From a virus, in IMG/VR virus record IMGVR_UViG_3300009550_000010, positions 12,906 to 76,905 of that record: a DNA stretch of 64,000 nt; one strand, written 5' to 3'. A program made the position numbers and the translations under genes. The notes under the pieces were generated by a model. That model worked only from the letters and a program-made list of their open reading frames with translations. It did not search any database and was not told the DNA's origin. Positions 35,737-43,505 of the stretch are shown in pieces (the stretch's first letter is position 1; every line of letters begins with the position of its first letter).

Positions 35737-36026
35737 ATTTCCATATCCGAAATAAAGTGATGAGCACGTTGATCGTCTACCTCTGCCATTTCAAGATTGA
35801 TCCCATCTAATTCTGGAAAATCATAAGGACCAGCGTACTGTTTTTCTAGTTCTCTTTGATCTAATACTTCATTGATAAGTTCTTTCAACTCTACCTTGAG
35901 TGCATCAGATAGAAGGTTTATTTTGTTCCCCTCTAAAGGTGGTATGGCAGCACGTTGCTCTTCGATAGTTCTACCACTCTCACCATCCCCGTAGGACATT
36001 CCTTGTGTATTAATCGTCATGATCAT
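35733..36026 (-). CDS. Hypothetical protein
   Basis: 97-aa ORF in operon. Confidence 0.55.
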   Translation of the reverse strand: MIMTINTQGMSYGDGESGRTIEEQRAAIPPLEGNKINLLSDALKVELKELINEVLDQRELEKQYAGPYDFPELDGINLEMAEVDDQRAHHFISDMEI

Positions 36027-36240
36027 CCCATGGGTCTGTTAGATTCTTATTAGCAAAGAATCCTTTGTACACACCATATCCTGTAAGTAATACAGTTATA
36101 GCAAGAATAGATATACCAAATGTAATGTTTGGATCTAAAGTAAGATGTGGTACTAGAGTGTCAGTGCACCTAGCGATCTTGTCAGGATCATCCCACGTAC
36201 CAGGTAAAGTATATACTGGTGGACAGGCAATAAAAATCAT
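36010..36240 (-). CDS. psbN: PsbN-like membrane protein with N-terminal extension
   Basis: TM followed by LTDPWDDHDD, matching the PsbN C-terminal LxDPFE/DxHED. Confidence 0.7.
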   Translation of the reverse strand: MIFIACPPVYTLPGTWDDPDKIARCTDTLVPHLTLDPNITFGISILAITVLLTGYGVYKGFFANKNLTDPWDDHDD

Positions 36241-37181
36241 TTGAATTCGCATGAGCACATAATTTCAGTTAGTGCTGCTAATAGATTTATCTCATGGTCA
36301 GCAACAAAAGCAGATTGATATTGGTATTTGGCAATAATCAAGACTGCTTCTGGAATTGACTTGGGTTGAAGTGACTCGTACATAGAGTCGTATACATTCC
36401 TAAGTATAGCACTTGGATCGTTATCTAGGTTCTGAACTATCCATTTCCTAACATTTTGAAACTCTTTATGTTTTAAAAACTTGATAAGTTCTAGTACTTT
36501 TACAGTAGAGAAGTCAGCAAGTATAGAAACATCTACAGAACCAGATGCAGAATATCGTTGGAGTTCATTGAGGACTCTTCTCCAGTCAGGGAAGTGTCTA
36601 TTGATGAGTTCAGCGATAACTCTGTTGTCTGCTTTGACTCCTTCTTTTTCGAGGATGGTGTTAATCCTTTTGAAAAAAGATGCTGCGATCTGAGGTTTGG
36701 CATTATTTGTAATAGTAAAGTCTATAACTGAACATCTAGAATGAAGGGGTTCTATAATTTTGTTCTTGTAGTTGCATGTAAATATAAATCTGCAGTTGTT
36801 ATAGAACGCTTCGATGTTTGCCCTAAGAAGTAACTGGACATCATGTGTGGTATTATCTGCTTCGTCAATGATGATAACCTTATGCTTCCCCCCTCCGACA
36901 AGGGAAACAGTGGAGGCAAAGTTTTTAGCTTGGTTTCTAACTGTGTCGAGAAATCTTCCTTCGTCTGATCCGTTGATAACATAGCAGTCTACTCCCAGTT
37001 GATTGCACAGTGCTTTTGCTACTGTAGTTTTACCAATACCTGGTGGACCTGCTAAAAGTAGGTTCGGTATTTCCCCCTTATTTAGAAACTCCGTAAAGGT
37101 TTTCTTGATACTATCAGGGAGAATACACTCATCAATTGTCTTGGGTCTATATTTTTCAACCCATATAAAATCACTTGGCAA
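36237..37181 (-). CDS. gp44: Clamp loader large subunit (gp44)
   Basis: WVEKYRP, GPPGIGKT, IIDEAD, PLHSRC. Confidence 0.95.
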   Translation of the reverse strand: MPSDFIWVEKYRPKTIDECILPDSIKKTFTEFLNKGEIPNLLLAGPPGIGKTTVAKALCNQLGVDCYVINGSDEGRFLDTVRNQAKNFASTVSLVGGGKHKVIIIDEADNTTHDVQLLLRANIEAFYNNCRFIFTCNYKNKIIEPLHSRCSVIDFTITNNAKPQIAASFFKRINTILEKEGVKADNRVIAELINRHFPDWRRVLNELQRYSASGSVDVSILADFSTVKVLELIKFLKHKEFQNVRKWIVQNLDNDPSAILRNVYDSMYESLQPKSIPEAVLIIAKYQYQSAFVADHEINLLAALTEIMCSCEFK

Positions 37182-37704
37182 AATTTTGTACCATTAAGTT
37201 TGCAGACACTCCGATTCTTTTACCTTTTGTATGTGGGACAGAATGGTATAAAGAACCTGGCCATATTAGTAGCATACCAGACTTGGGTTTGATTCGCAAC
37301 GACTTAAATTGTATTGGAGAAGAATCCTCATCTGCATATGCATAATATATCAGTGCCCAAGTAAATGGAAAATGTGAATGATCTATAGTAAAATCACCCT
37401 CTTCATACATGAGTGCCCAAAAATCTTGAACTTCGTATGTGCATACTTGAAGTCTACTAAAAGTCTCAGGATCAAATATTCTTGCTTGTTCTACTCCACC
37501 CAAAATTTTATCAATATATTTGTCAAATAATTTAGTTTGTTTATGTGTTTTATAAGAACTTCTCCATGCTTTCACATTTGATACTTCACCCTCTGGAAAA
37601 TTATTTCTATGGTATTGTATATCTTTTATGAGTTGATCATTATCAAGGTTGAGATCAACCTCGTAAATTGTTGTTGGTGCAAGTAAAGTTCTTTTACGTA
37701 TCAT
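37171..37704 (-). CDS. 2OG-Fe(II) oxygenase-like protein
   Basis: DFWAL..HSH..WALIYY..LLIWPGSLYHSVP..RIGVSAN. Confidence 0.8.
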   Translation of the reverse strand: MIRKRTLLAPTTIYEVDLNLDNDQLIKDIQYHRNNFPEGEVSNVKAWRSSYKTHKQTKLFDKYIDKILGGVEQARIFDPETFSRLQVCTYEVQDFWALMYEEGDFTIDHSHFPFTWALIYYAYADEDSSPIQFKSLRIKPKSGMLLIWPGSLYHSVPHTKGKRIGVSANLMVQNFAK

Positions 37705-37828
37705 CTAGTTTTTTAATTTGAAAAAGATTTGATTTTTGATACTTCTTGATTTTTTTATACTGCTTCGCTATCTTAGCAATCTCATTATGATTGATACGAA
37801 TTCTTTTCTTTGGTTCTTCTTCACTCAT
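37694..37828 (-). CDS. 44-aa basic hypothetical protein (not in ORF track)
   Basis: MSEEEPKKRIRINHNEIAKIAKQYKK... Confidence 0.5.
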   Translation of the reverse strand: MSEEEPKKRIRINHNEIAKIAKQYKKIKKYQKSNLFQIKKLDDT

Positions 37829-37911
37829 GCCTTCTTACTCTCCTCGTAAAGATAAAGTATTGATAGTGAAAACACTACCCAGAATGTAACTTCAAGTCCG
37901 TAATGGTTCAT
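37825..37911 (-). CDS. 28-aa single-TM peptide (not in ORF track)
   Basis: MNHYGLEVTFWVVFSLSILYLYEESKKA; ATGA coupling. Confidence 0.45.
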   Translation of the reverse strand: MNHYGLEVTFWVVFSLSILYLYEESKKA

Positions 37912-37914
37912 AAC

Positions 37915-38415
37915 TTATACCCAATTTGGTTGTCTGGATGGGTCACGTAGATAATTAGATGCAACCCAAGGTTTGCTGCTAATGTAATTCTTGTAAGCAG
38001 TAAAAGTGTCAATGCTTGTGTCATGTTTAAACTCATCTGGCATTGCTCGTGTAAATTCTACAGGATCAGTGTCTTGTAGTGGAAATATTTGTGTACAATG
38101 TGCAATAGTTGACTGGCAACTATGTCTCTTACCATATCTATGGGTGTATTCAGTACATAATGCAAGACCATGAAGTATCAACCATGTGTAATTATCTTGT
38201 GCCCAGACTGTACAAGGGTGATTACGAAATGCACCCTTCTCTGTTTTGTATGGTGTGCCATCAAGTTTAGGTAATGAACCAAACCCATGACCCCACTTAT
38301 CTGATGCAACAATAGAAAGCATTTGACATGTTTCTAGAGGCATTTTTACTATGTGCTTATCAGGTAAGCATTGTGCTGACTTGACAGGATCGGGATCGGT
38401 TACAAAGATGTTCAT
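37915..38415 (-). CDS. Pyrimidine-dimer DNA glycosylase-like protein
   Basis: MNIF...DKHIVKMPLETCQML, NHPCTVW, AYKNY. Confidence 0.8.
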   Translation of the reverse strand: MNIFVTDPDPVKSAQCLPDKHIVKMPLETCQMLSIVASDKWGHGFGSLPKLDGTPYKTEKGAFRNHPCTVWAQDNYTWLILHGLALCTEYTHRYGKRHSCQSTIAHCTQIFPLQDTDPVEFTRAMPDEFKHDTSIDTFTAYKNYISSKPWVASNYLRDPSRQPNWV

Positions 38416-39101
38416 GAATAAACAGAATCAGGTTCTAACGCAATGAAGTAGGTTAGTTTATAATTTGTATTATAGAACCTTGCAAGATTTTTGCAAGAGA
38501 TAGCAACAGAATATGAACCAGGTATTAGTTTCATGTTCTCTATCTTGAAGTTGAATGAGAATTCCTTATCAGTATTACCAACAACAATAGCAAACTCATT
38601 GGAGGTATCGTTCTTACGATCACTTACAACCATCTTGACAACTCCTTCACCACCTACAACAGATAAATCTGGAAGTGATAGTATAGATGCTGACTTCAAT
38701 GCTTTAGCAAGTTGATCATCCTGTAGATTGAAAGATACATCTTCGCTAGGAAGGAGCATCTCTTTCTCAGGTGGTGCAACAATTACACTAGGGTCTGAGA
38801 AAAAGTATTTTGATCTTTGAGATGTACCTGATTTGATGTGAGCAAAATTTGGATTGCTAGACACATCAATATCTGGATCTCTATACAACGCAAGTGTATT
38901 GAGAAACTGTGGTAGATCATAGATTGCAAAATCTTTCGGGATATATTCATCTATCTCTGCTTCTGCCAAAACATTTTTCATGACAGATATTGTTCTTATT
39001 TTTCTACCTTCTTTGAATGCCAAAGACTGATTGATAGTCGTGAAGTTCTGAAGAATCTTCAACGTCTTTTCTGATAATTCCATAGGTGGACGAAGTTTCA
39101 T
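38412..39101 (-). CDS. gp45: DNA sliding clamp (gp45)
   Basis: TLKILQNFTTINQSL, FAIYDLPQFL, FNFKIENMK, YFIALE. Confidence 0.94.
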   Translation of the reverse strand: MKLRPPMELSEKTLKILQNFTTINQSLAFKEGRKIRTISVMKNVLAEAEIDEYIPKDFAIYDLPQFLNTLALYRDPDIDVSSNPNFAHIKSGTSQRSKYFFSDPSVIVAPPEKEMLLPSEDVSFNLQDDQLAKALKSASILSLPDLSVVGGEGVVKMVVSDRKNDTSNEFAIVVGNTDKEFSFNFKIENMKLIPGSYSVAISCKNLARFYNTNYKLTYFIALEPDSVYS

Positions 39102-39132
39102 GATAAAGTTACCTTATCATCATGATAACATA

Positions 39133-39438
39133 CTATCCTACATCTTGCAATCTCTGTGCTACTGTCTGTTTTTGAATTGGTGCTACGTCATTTAATCCGT
39201 TAGCATCAAACCATGGTGCTGTTTCCCAATCGAAACCTTCACCAAATGTATTGTCTGCGTTTGCAACATACCAATGACATGCTGCGTCTGGAATATCTAC
39301 TGCACATACTGCCCAGTCATCTGTCCACTGTGGAACTTGAACCCATATCACAGGTTCTTTCTCAAATGCATATGCTGTGGTGCTTATACCAAACAGTATT
39401 GCAAAAGCGAATGTCCAACATAATATTCTTTTTATCAT
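39133..39438 (-). CDS. Exported Trp/Asp-rich protein
   Basis: Signal peptide ending AYA; CAVDIPDAACHW. Confidence 0.7.
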   Translation of the reverse strand: MIKRILCWTFAFAILFGISTTAYAFEKEPVIWVQVPQWTDDWAVCAVDIPDAACHWYVANADNTFGEGFDWETAPWFDANGLNDVAPIQKQTVAQRLQDVG

Positions 39439-39539
39439 CCTAATAATCCTACCGACCCTGCTGAAATTCCCACAGTCAGGAAGAATACGAATTCAAAGAT
39501 GGGCATATAGCCTGCGTTCTTTAGTAAAAATTGAGTCAT
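39435..39539 (-). CDS. 34-aa membrane peptide (not in ORF track)
   Basis: MTQFLLKNAGYMPIFEFVFFLTVGISAGSVGLLG; GAGGAG upstream. Confidence 0.55.
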   Translation of the reverse strand: MTQFLLKNAGYMPIFEFVFFLTVGISAGSVGLLG

Positions 39540-39565
39540 TTGTGCTTGTGCTCCTCAGCTTTTGT

Positions 39566-39640
39566 TTATGAAAATACGAACGGTAGTCCGTTTACTGCAG
39601 TAAATGATACTGCACATGCGAATAAAATTCTAGAAATCAT
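39566..39640 (-). CDS. 24-aa membrane peptide (not in ORF track)
   Basis: MISRILFACAVSFTAVNGLPFVFS; TAATG coupling. Confidence 0.45.
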   Translation of the reverse strand: MISRILFACAVSFTAVNGLPFVFS

Positions 39641-39801
39641 TATGCTCCTTGGTAAACTGGTGTCATTACTCCACCGCCTTCATCATCATCGTCATCATCT
39701 GATGCTCTCAAAAACAACTCCAATCCTACAAGGAATGCTACTGGATAGAAACACCAGAGTATTGCCATAAAGGGTGAGACGTTTGTTGCTTCAGCGATCA
39801 T
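39640..39801 (-). CDS. 53-aa membrane protein with acidic tail (not in ORF track)
   Basis: AILWCFYPVAFLVGLELFLRASDDDDDEGGGVMTPVYQGA; coupled at both ends. Confidence 0.6.
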   Translation of the reverse strand: MIAEATNVSPFMAILWCFYPVAFLVGLELFLRASDDDDDDEGGGVMTPVYQGA

Positions 39802-39893
39802 ACAAATACGTTAGTAGATGTGCTTGCAATTACTGCAATCATAAAAATGTATGGTACAACTTTCAATGGTACTGGTTTTAAAATGGATTTCAT
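39798..39893 (-). CDS. 31-aa membrane peptide (not in ORF track)
   Basis: MKSILKPVPLKVVPYIFMIAVIASTSTNVFV; coupled at both ends. Confidence 0.55.
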   Translation of the reverse strand: MKSILKPVPLKVVPYIFMIAVIASTSTNVFV

Positions 39894-40006
39894 TATACAA
39901 TACCTGGTATAAGTTGACCTGTTGCTAAGTAGATGCCACCGAATAGAACGAATGCAAACATTGCTGGTCTACCGATTGCTCTCTCGAAGATATCTTTGTT
40001 GTTCAT
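39893..40006 (-). CDS. hli: Divergent high-light-inducible protein (37 aa)
   Basis: ERAIGRPAMFAF...TGQLIPGIV. Confidence 0.75.
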   Translation of the reverse strand: MNNKDIFERAIGRPAMFAFVLFGGIYLATGQLIPGIV

Positions 40007-40149
40007 TAGACAAAACCTGGAATGATTTGTCCTGTTGTTAGGTAAGCACCTAAACCTGCGATTATGCCAAGCATTGCAAATCTACCATTAAGTTTCTCTG
40101 CAAAGAACTTTTCCTTTTCAATTGTTCTTGTTTCTGTTTTGTTTGACAT
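40006..40149 (-). CDS. hli: High-light-inducible protein (47 aa)
   Basis: AEKLNGRFAMLG...TGQIIPGFV; start at ATG 40149. Confidence 0.92.
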   Translation of the reverse strand: MSNKTETRTIEKEKFFAEKLNGRFAMLGIIAGLGAYLTTGQIIPGFV

Positions 40150-40256
40150 TAGAATATACCTGGTATAATGTTTCCTGTTGTTGCGTATGAACCTACTGCT
40201 GCTACGAATCCTAGCATTGCCATCCATCCGTTAAATCTTTCTGCTTCTGGTGTCAT
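40149..40256 (-). CDS. hli: High-light-inducible protein (35 aa)
   Basis: MTPEAERFNGWMAMLGFVAAVGSYATTGNIIPGIF. Confidence 0.92.
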   Translation of the reverse strand: MTPEAERFNGWMAMLGFVAAVGSYATTGNIIPGIF

Positions 40257-40302
40257 GAGTTTGTACCTTTTGTTGATTGTGAATTGTGAAATGATCTTCA
40301 TT

Positions 40303-40419
40303 TTAGAAGAAACCTGGTGCTATCCATCCGAATAGACCATAATTGATTGTGCCGATTACTAATCCCATCATCGCTAAACGACCATTGATTAGTTCTGCAT
40401 TCTTCCAGTAGTTCTTCAT
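40303..40419 (-). CDS. hli: High-light-inducible protein (38 aa)
   Basis: MKNYWKNAELINGRLAMMG...IAPGFF; start at ATG 40419. Confidence 0.9.
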   Translation of the reverse strand: MKNYWKNAELINGRLAMMGLVIGTINYGLFGWIAPGFF

Positions 40420-40616
40420 TAGAAAATACCTGGAATGATTTGTCCTGTTGTTGCGTAAGCACCTATCAGTGCTACAAATCCAATCATCGCCCAACGACCA
40501 TTGACTTTCTCAGCGTTCTGTGGGTATCCATCGTAAGATGCAGACTCATCGATATAAGGTCTTGTTTCATTTGGAAAAGCGTTTTGTCTTCCGCCTGATT
40601 CATTAGTTACGGTCAT
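40419..40616 (-). CDS. hli: High-light-inducible protein (65 aa)
   Basis: NAEKVNGRWAMIGFVALIGAYATTGQIIPGIF. Confidence 0.93.
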   Translation of the reverse strand: MTVTNESGGRQNAFPNETRPYIDESASYDGYPQNAEKVNGRWAMIGFVALIGAYATTGQIIPGIF

Positions 40617-40643
40617 TTGAATAATATGAACTTTTGTTACATA

Positions 40644-40672
40644 ATTATATAGGAAATATAAAACTTTGTAAA
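40644..40672 (-). promoter_or_regulatory. sigma70-type hli operon promoter with overlapping HLR1-like repeat
   Basis: TTTACA-17-TATAAT; TTTACAAA-GT-TTTATATT at 40655-40672. Confidence 0.7.
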
Positions 40673-40702
40673 GTATTATTACATTAGTTACGCTTATGAA
40701 TA

Positions 40703-40828
40703 TTATAAACTTTTCTTATCAATCCTTTCTATAACCTTGATATATAAGGAAATAACGATGCTTGCTGGAACTGTGGTCAAGAATATTATCATCATCACCA
40801 TAACCATCATGTGTTGTATTTCTGACAT
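40703..40828 (-). CDS. 41-aa membrane peptide (not in ORF track)
   Basis: MSEIQHMMVMVMMIIFLTTVPASIVISLYIKV... Confidence 0.45.
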   Translation of the reverse strand: MSEIQHMMVMVMMIIFLTTVPASIVISLYIKVIERIDKKSL

Positions 40829-40848
40829 ACGTATGTAAAGAAGTGTTT

Positions 40849-40971
40849 CTATTTATTACAATACTGTGTGACCCACCCATGCACATCATTCTTCATCACA
40901 TGTGCAGTCATATGTACACCTTCTATCATTACGATACAACCTAATAACATTGGTACTATAAGTTTATGCAT
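40849..40971 (-). CDS. 40-aa hypothetical protein (not in ORF track)
   Basis: MHKLIVPMLLGCIVMIEGVHMTAH... Confidence 0.45.
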   Translation of the reverse strand: MHKLIVPMLLGCIVMIEGVHMTAHVMKNDVHGWVTQYCNK

Positions 40972-40997
40972 AAAAAAAGGGGGTCGTTAGACCCCCT
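40972..40997 (-). terminator. Rho-independent terminator after the porin-like gene
   Basis: GGGGGTC-GTTA-GACCCCC stem with adjacent A-tract (U-tract on minus). Confidence 0.8.
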
Positions 40998-41014
40998 CAG
41001 TATAGCATACTATC

Positions 41015-41386
41015 TTAGAATGTATACTTTACACCTGCCTTTCCAGACCAGTCTACGTCATCAACGTTAGTAGCACCAGAGATCTCTCCGTATACTCCAA
41101 CCTTCTCGTTGATTGCCTTTCCACCACCAAGGTAACCGATTAGTTCAGTGTCACCGAACTTGTCAGCAGACTCAGTGTGAGTAGTTGTAGGACCACCAGA
41201 TACATACCAGTCAATTCCATTAGGAGTTGTACCTTCGTATCCAAGTTGGAATTCCCATGTACCTGATGAATATGAACCATCTGGATATGAACCACTTGCT
41301 TCTACATTGACGTAAGGTCCAGCAAAAGCTGCTCCAGAGAATAGTAGAGGTGTTGCTGCTAGTGCAGCGATTGTTGATTTAATCAT
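41015..41386 (-). CDS. Small outer-membrane beta-barrel (porin-like) protein
   Basis: Signal peptide MIKSTIAALAATPLLFSGAAFA, alternating aromatic strands, C-terminal GVKYTF; start at ATG 41386. Confidence 0.75.
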   Translation of the reverse strand: MIKSTIAALAATPLLFSGAAFAGPYVNVEASGSYPDGSYSSGTWEFQLGYEGTTPNGIDWYVSGGPTTTHTESADKFGDTELIGYLGGGKAINEKVGVYGEISGATNVDDVDWSGKAGVKYTF

Positions 41387-41389
41387 TTT

Positions 41390-41500
41390 TGTATTATTAT
41401 CTCGCATGGGTACTAAAAAAACCCTTGCGGATGAAAGACTCCCCGACATGGGAGTCTGTACATACACATAGGGTTACGATCTTTCGAGTCCTTTGTATGA
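41390..41500 (-). ncRNA. Structured 5' leader RNA (cis-regulatory; possibly related to the manA-type cyanophage motif)
   Basis: 8-bp stem AGACUCCC/GGGAGUCU (41436-41457) nested in AACCCU/AGGGUU, followed by a U-tract. Confidence 0.55.
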
Positions 41501-41503
41501 TGG

Positions 41504-41537
41504 TATTTATTATAGATTATCTAAAGGTTTGTGTCAA
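41504..41537 (-). promoter_or_regulatory. Overlapping sigma70 and late promoters
   Basis: TTGACA-17-TATAAT (41509-41537) plus AATAAATA (41504-41511). Confidence 0.85.
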
Positions 41538-43246
41538 GACCTTAATCTACTGAAACCTTTTTCTTTGTAAAATTCTATACAATTGTGGAATTTATCGTAT
41601 AAACCGTTCTTATGACTGATAATAAAGACATTAGCATCCTTCAACACGAACCGTACAATCTTCAAGAAGTCATCCGTGCCGAACCCATCAAGTGAGGAAT
41701 CGAACACTTCATCCATGATCAAAAGGTTAGTCACAATGCTGTTTTTCATTCTTGCAATGTCTCTCCAAGTGAATAAAAGTGCAAGGTCAATTCTCATTTT
41801 CTCACCTTCAGAGAAAGATGCATAGGAGAATCTCTCATGTACAGGTGTTTGTATTCTTTCGTTGAACTCTTCGTCAAGTGTGAAGTTGATATAGAAGTCC
41901 ATTCTCTGTAGGTAATCATTTACCTGTCGATTGATAAGGGGTAGATACTTTCTTATAATGCCACTCTTTACCCCGTCATCGTTGAGTAATAGTTTTGACT
42001 GCTGAAGGTACTCAAAATGTTCTTTCGTCTCTTCTAGGTCTTTTAGTATCTGTTTCAGACTACTCTTATATTCCGATAGTCTTGTAGTCTCTGCAGATTT
42101 GTTCTCAAGTCTGTCAGTTATATCCTGTATTTCTTTTTCTAAATCTTTTCTAAGTTTATTTGCATTTGATATACGAACATTTAACTTAGATGTCTCAGTG
42201 TGTATAGTTCGTATCTCTTTCTGTATCTCTAAGAACTTTTGCTCTCTGACTTCCTCGTCTTTGATGGCAGTTTCTATTTCTTCTAGGTTGTCTTTATACT
42301 TTGATAAGACAGACTCTAATTCTTTTACCTTTGTTGCACGAAATATTTTGTCTATCTCCTGTGTACAAGTAGGACACTCTAGATGATCTTGAAAGAATAC
42401 TAGATTCTCTTGTGATGTAGAACTCTTTGTATTCAGTTGTGTTCTAAATTTATTGAGTTGTTTTATCGTAGTAACCGATTTTGAATATCCATCAATCTCT
42501 TTCTCCTTTTCAGATACCTTTGCCATAAGGTCATCAACCATCCCTTGATACTTTTCAGAATCTTCATCACAGGTGACGATCTTCTTCTGATTCTTGGTGA
42601 TATCATTTTCACCTTCCTCCTCTATCTTACGAATGAATGACTGTTGCATCACTATCTTATCACCAAACGATTCTTTTTTCAACTCTAATATATTGATTCT
42701 ATCCTTTGAATACTTTATCTTCTCTTTCAGTAGATCAGACATACTAGAGAATACCTTGATGTCTAACAGGTCTTCTATAACTTCCCTGCGATGTGGAGCA
42801 CTAAGTTGCATAAAAGGAACGAAAGAAGCACTGCCAAGAATGACAATTTGAGTGAAAGATTTGTAGTTGAGTTTGAGTATTTGTCCTTCCAAATACTTCT
42901 GTTGATCAAGTGCAGATGCTTCTTCATTGAATTTTTTACCGTCTTTATAAATTATAAACACATTCGGTTTTATGCCACGAGTAATTTTATACTGAGTCGT
43001 GTTAATATTGAACTCTATCTCTACTACTGCTTCTCTTTCATTTGTTGTATTGACTAATTGACTCTTACTTATCTTACGAAATGGTTTATTGAATAAAGAA
43101 AAGGTCAGAGCATCGAGTATTGTAGACTTACCCGATCCATTCTGACCTACTATGATACTATCTTTATTCTCATTGAGAGAGAAGTTGATAAATTGATTGC
43201 CTGATGATAAAAAGTTTTTATAACGAATAGATTTGAATTCAATCAT
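41534..43246 (-). CDS. gp46: Recombination exonuclease ATPase subunit (gp46, SbcC/Rad50-like)
   Basis: GQNGSGKST, CPTC hook, FSEGEKMRIDLALL, LIMDEVFDSSLD. Confidence 0.96.
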   Translation of the reverse strand: MIEFKSIRYKNFLSSGNQFINFSLNENKDSIIVGQNGSGKSTILDALTFSLFNKPFRKISKSQLVNTTNEREAVVEIEFNINTTQYKITRGIKPNVFIIYKDGKKFNEEASALDQQKYLEGQILKLNYKSFTQIVILGSASFVPFMQLSAPHRREVIEDLLDIKVFSSMSDLLKEKIKYSKDRINILELKKESFGDKIVMQQSFIRKIEEEGENDITKNQKKIVTCDEDSEKYQGMVDDLMAKVSEKEKEIDGYSKSVTTIKQLNKFRTQLNTKSSTSQENLVFFQDHLECPTCTQEIDKIFRATKVKELESVLSKYKDNLEEIETAIKDEEVREQKFLEIQKEIRTIHTETSKLNVRISNANKLRKDLEKEIQDITDRLENKSAETTRLSEYKSSLKQILKDLEETKEHFEYLQQSKLLLNDDGVKSGIIRKYLPLINRQVNDYLQRMDFYINFTLDEEFNERIQTPVHERFSYASFSEGEKMRIDLALLFTWRDIARMKNSIVTNLLIMDEVFDSSLDGFGTDDFLKIVRFVLKDANVFIISHKNGLYDKFHNCIEFYKEKGFSRLRS

Positions 43247-43505
43247 CTTTTGGTATAGGAGGGATCACAATATCATCCTTGCTAATTACAGTATACTTGG
43301 TTCCTGATTTTTCGCAAGCAGCAATTGCTACATGATCAGCAATAGGAATAACCTCCATCTCTGGATCTCCTTGCTCTTCTAATAGCATAGCATATCGTGA
43401 CGCATCATCTTTCTCTTTAAACATAAACACAACTTTCTCACCATAAGGATTGATGACAGCGTAAGCACCCTCATCTTTCATTCCTTTTACAGCGATAACA
43501 TGCAT
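43239..43505 (-). CDS. Conserved hypothetical protein between gp47 and gp46
   Basis: EGAYAV...FKEKDDASRYAMLLE..DDIVIPP. Confidence 0.75.
   Translation of the reverse strand: MHVIAVKGMKDEGAYAVINPYGEKVVFMFKEKDDASRYAMLLEEQGDPEMEVIPIADHVAIAACEKSGTKYTVISKDDIVIPPIPKDD

Noticed and set aside
39531-39770. 79-aa plus-strand His-rich ORF
   Set aside because: Antisense to the poly-Asp micro-ORF; the His run is the reverse complement of GAT repeats
40233-40301. Short ORF MKIISQFTINKKVQTH.. between hli genes
   Set aside because: 23 codons overlapping an hli gene out of frame, with no recognisable features; cannot be supported
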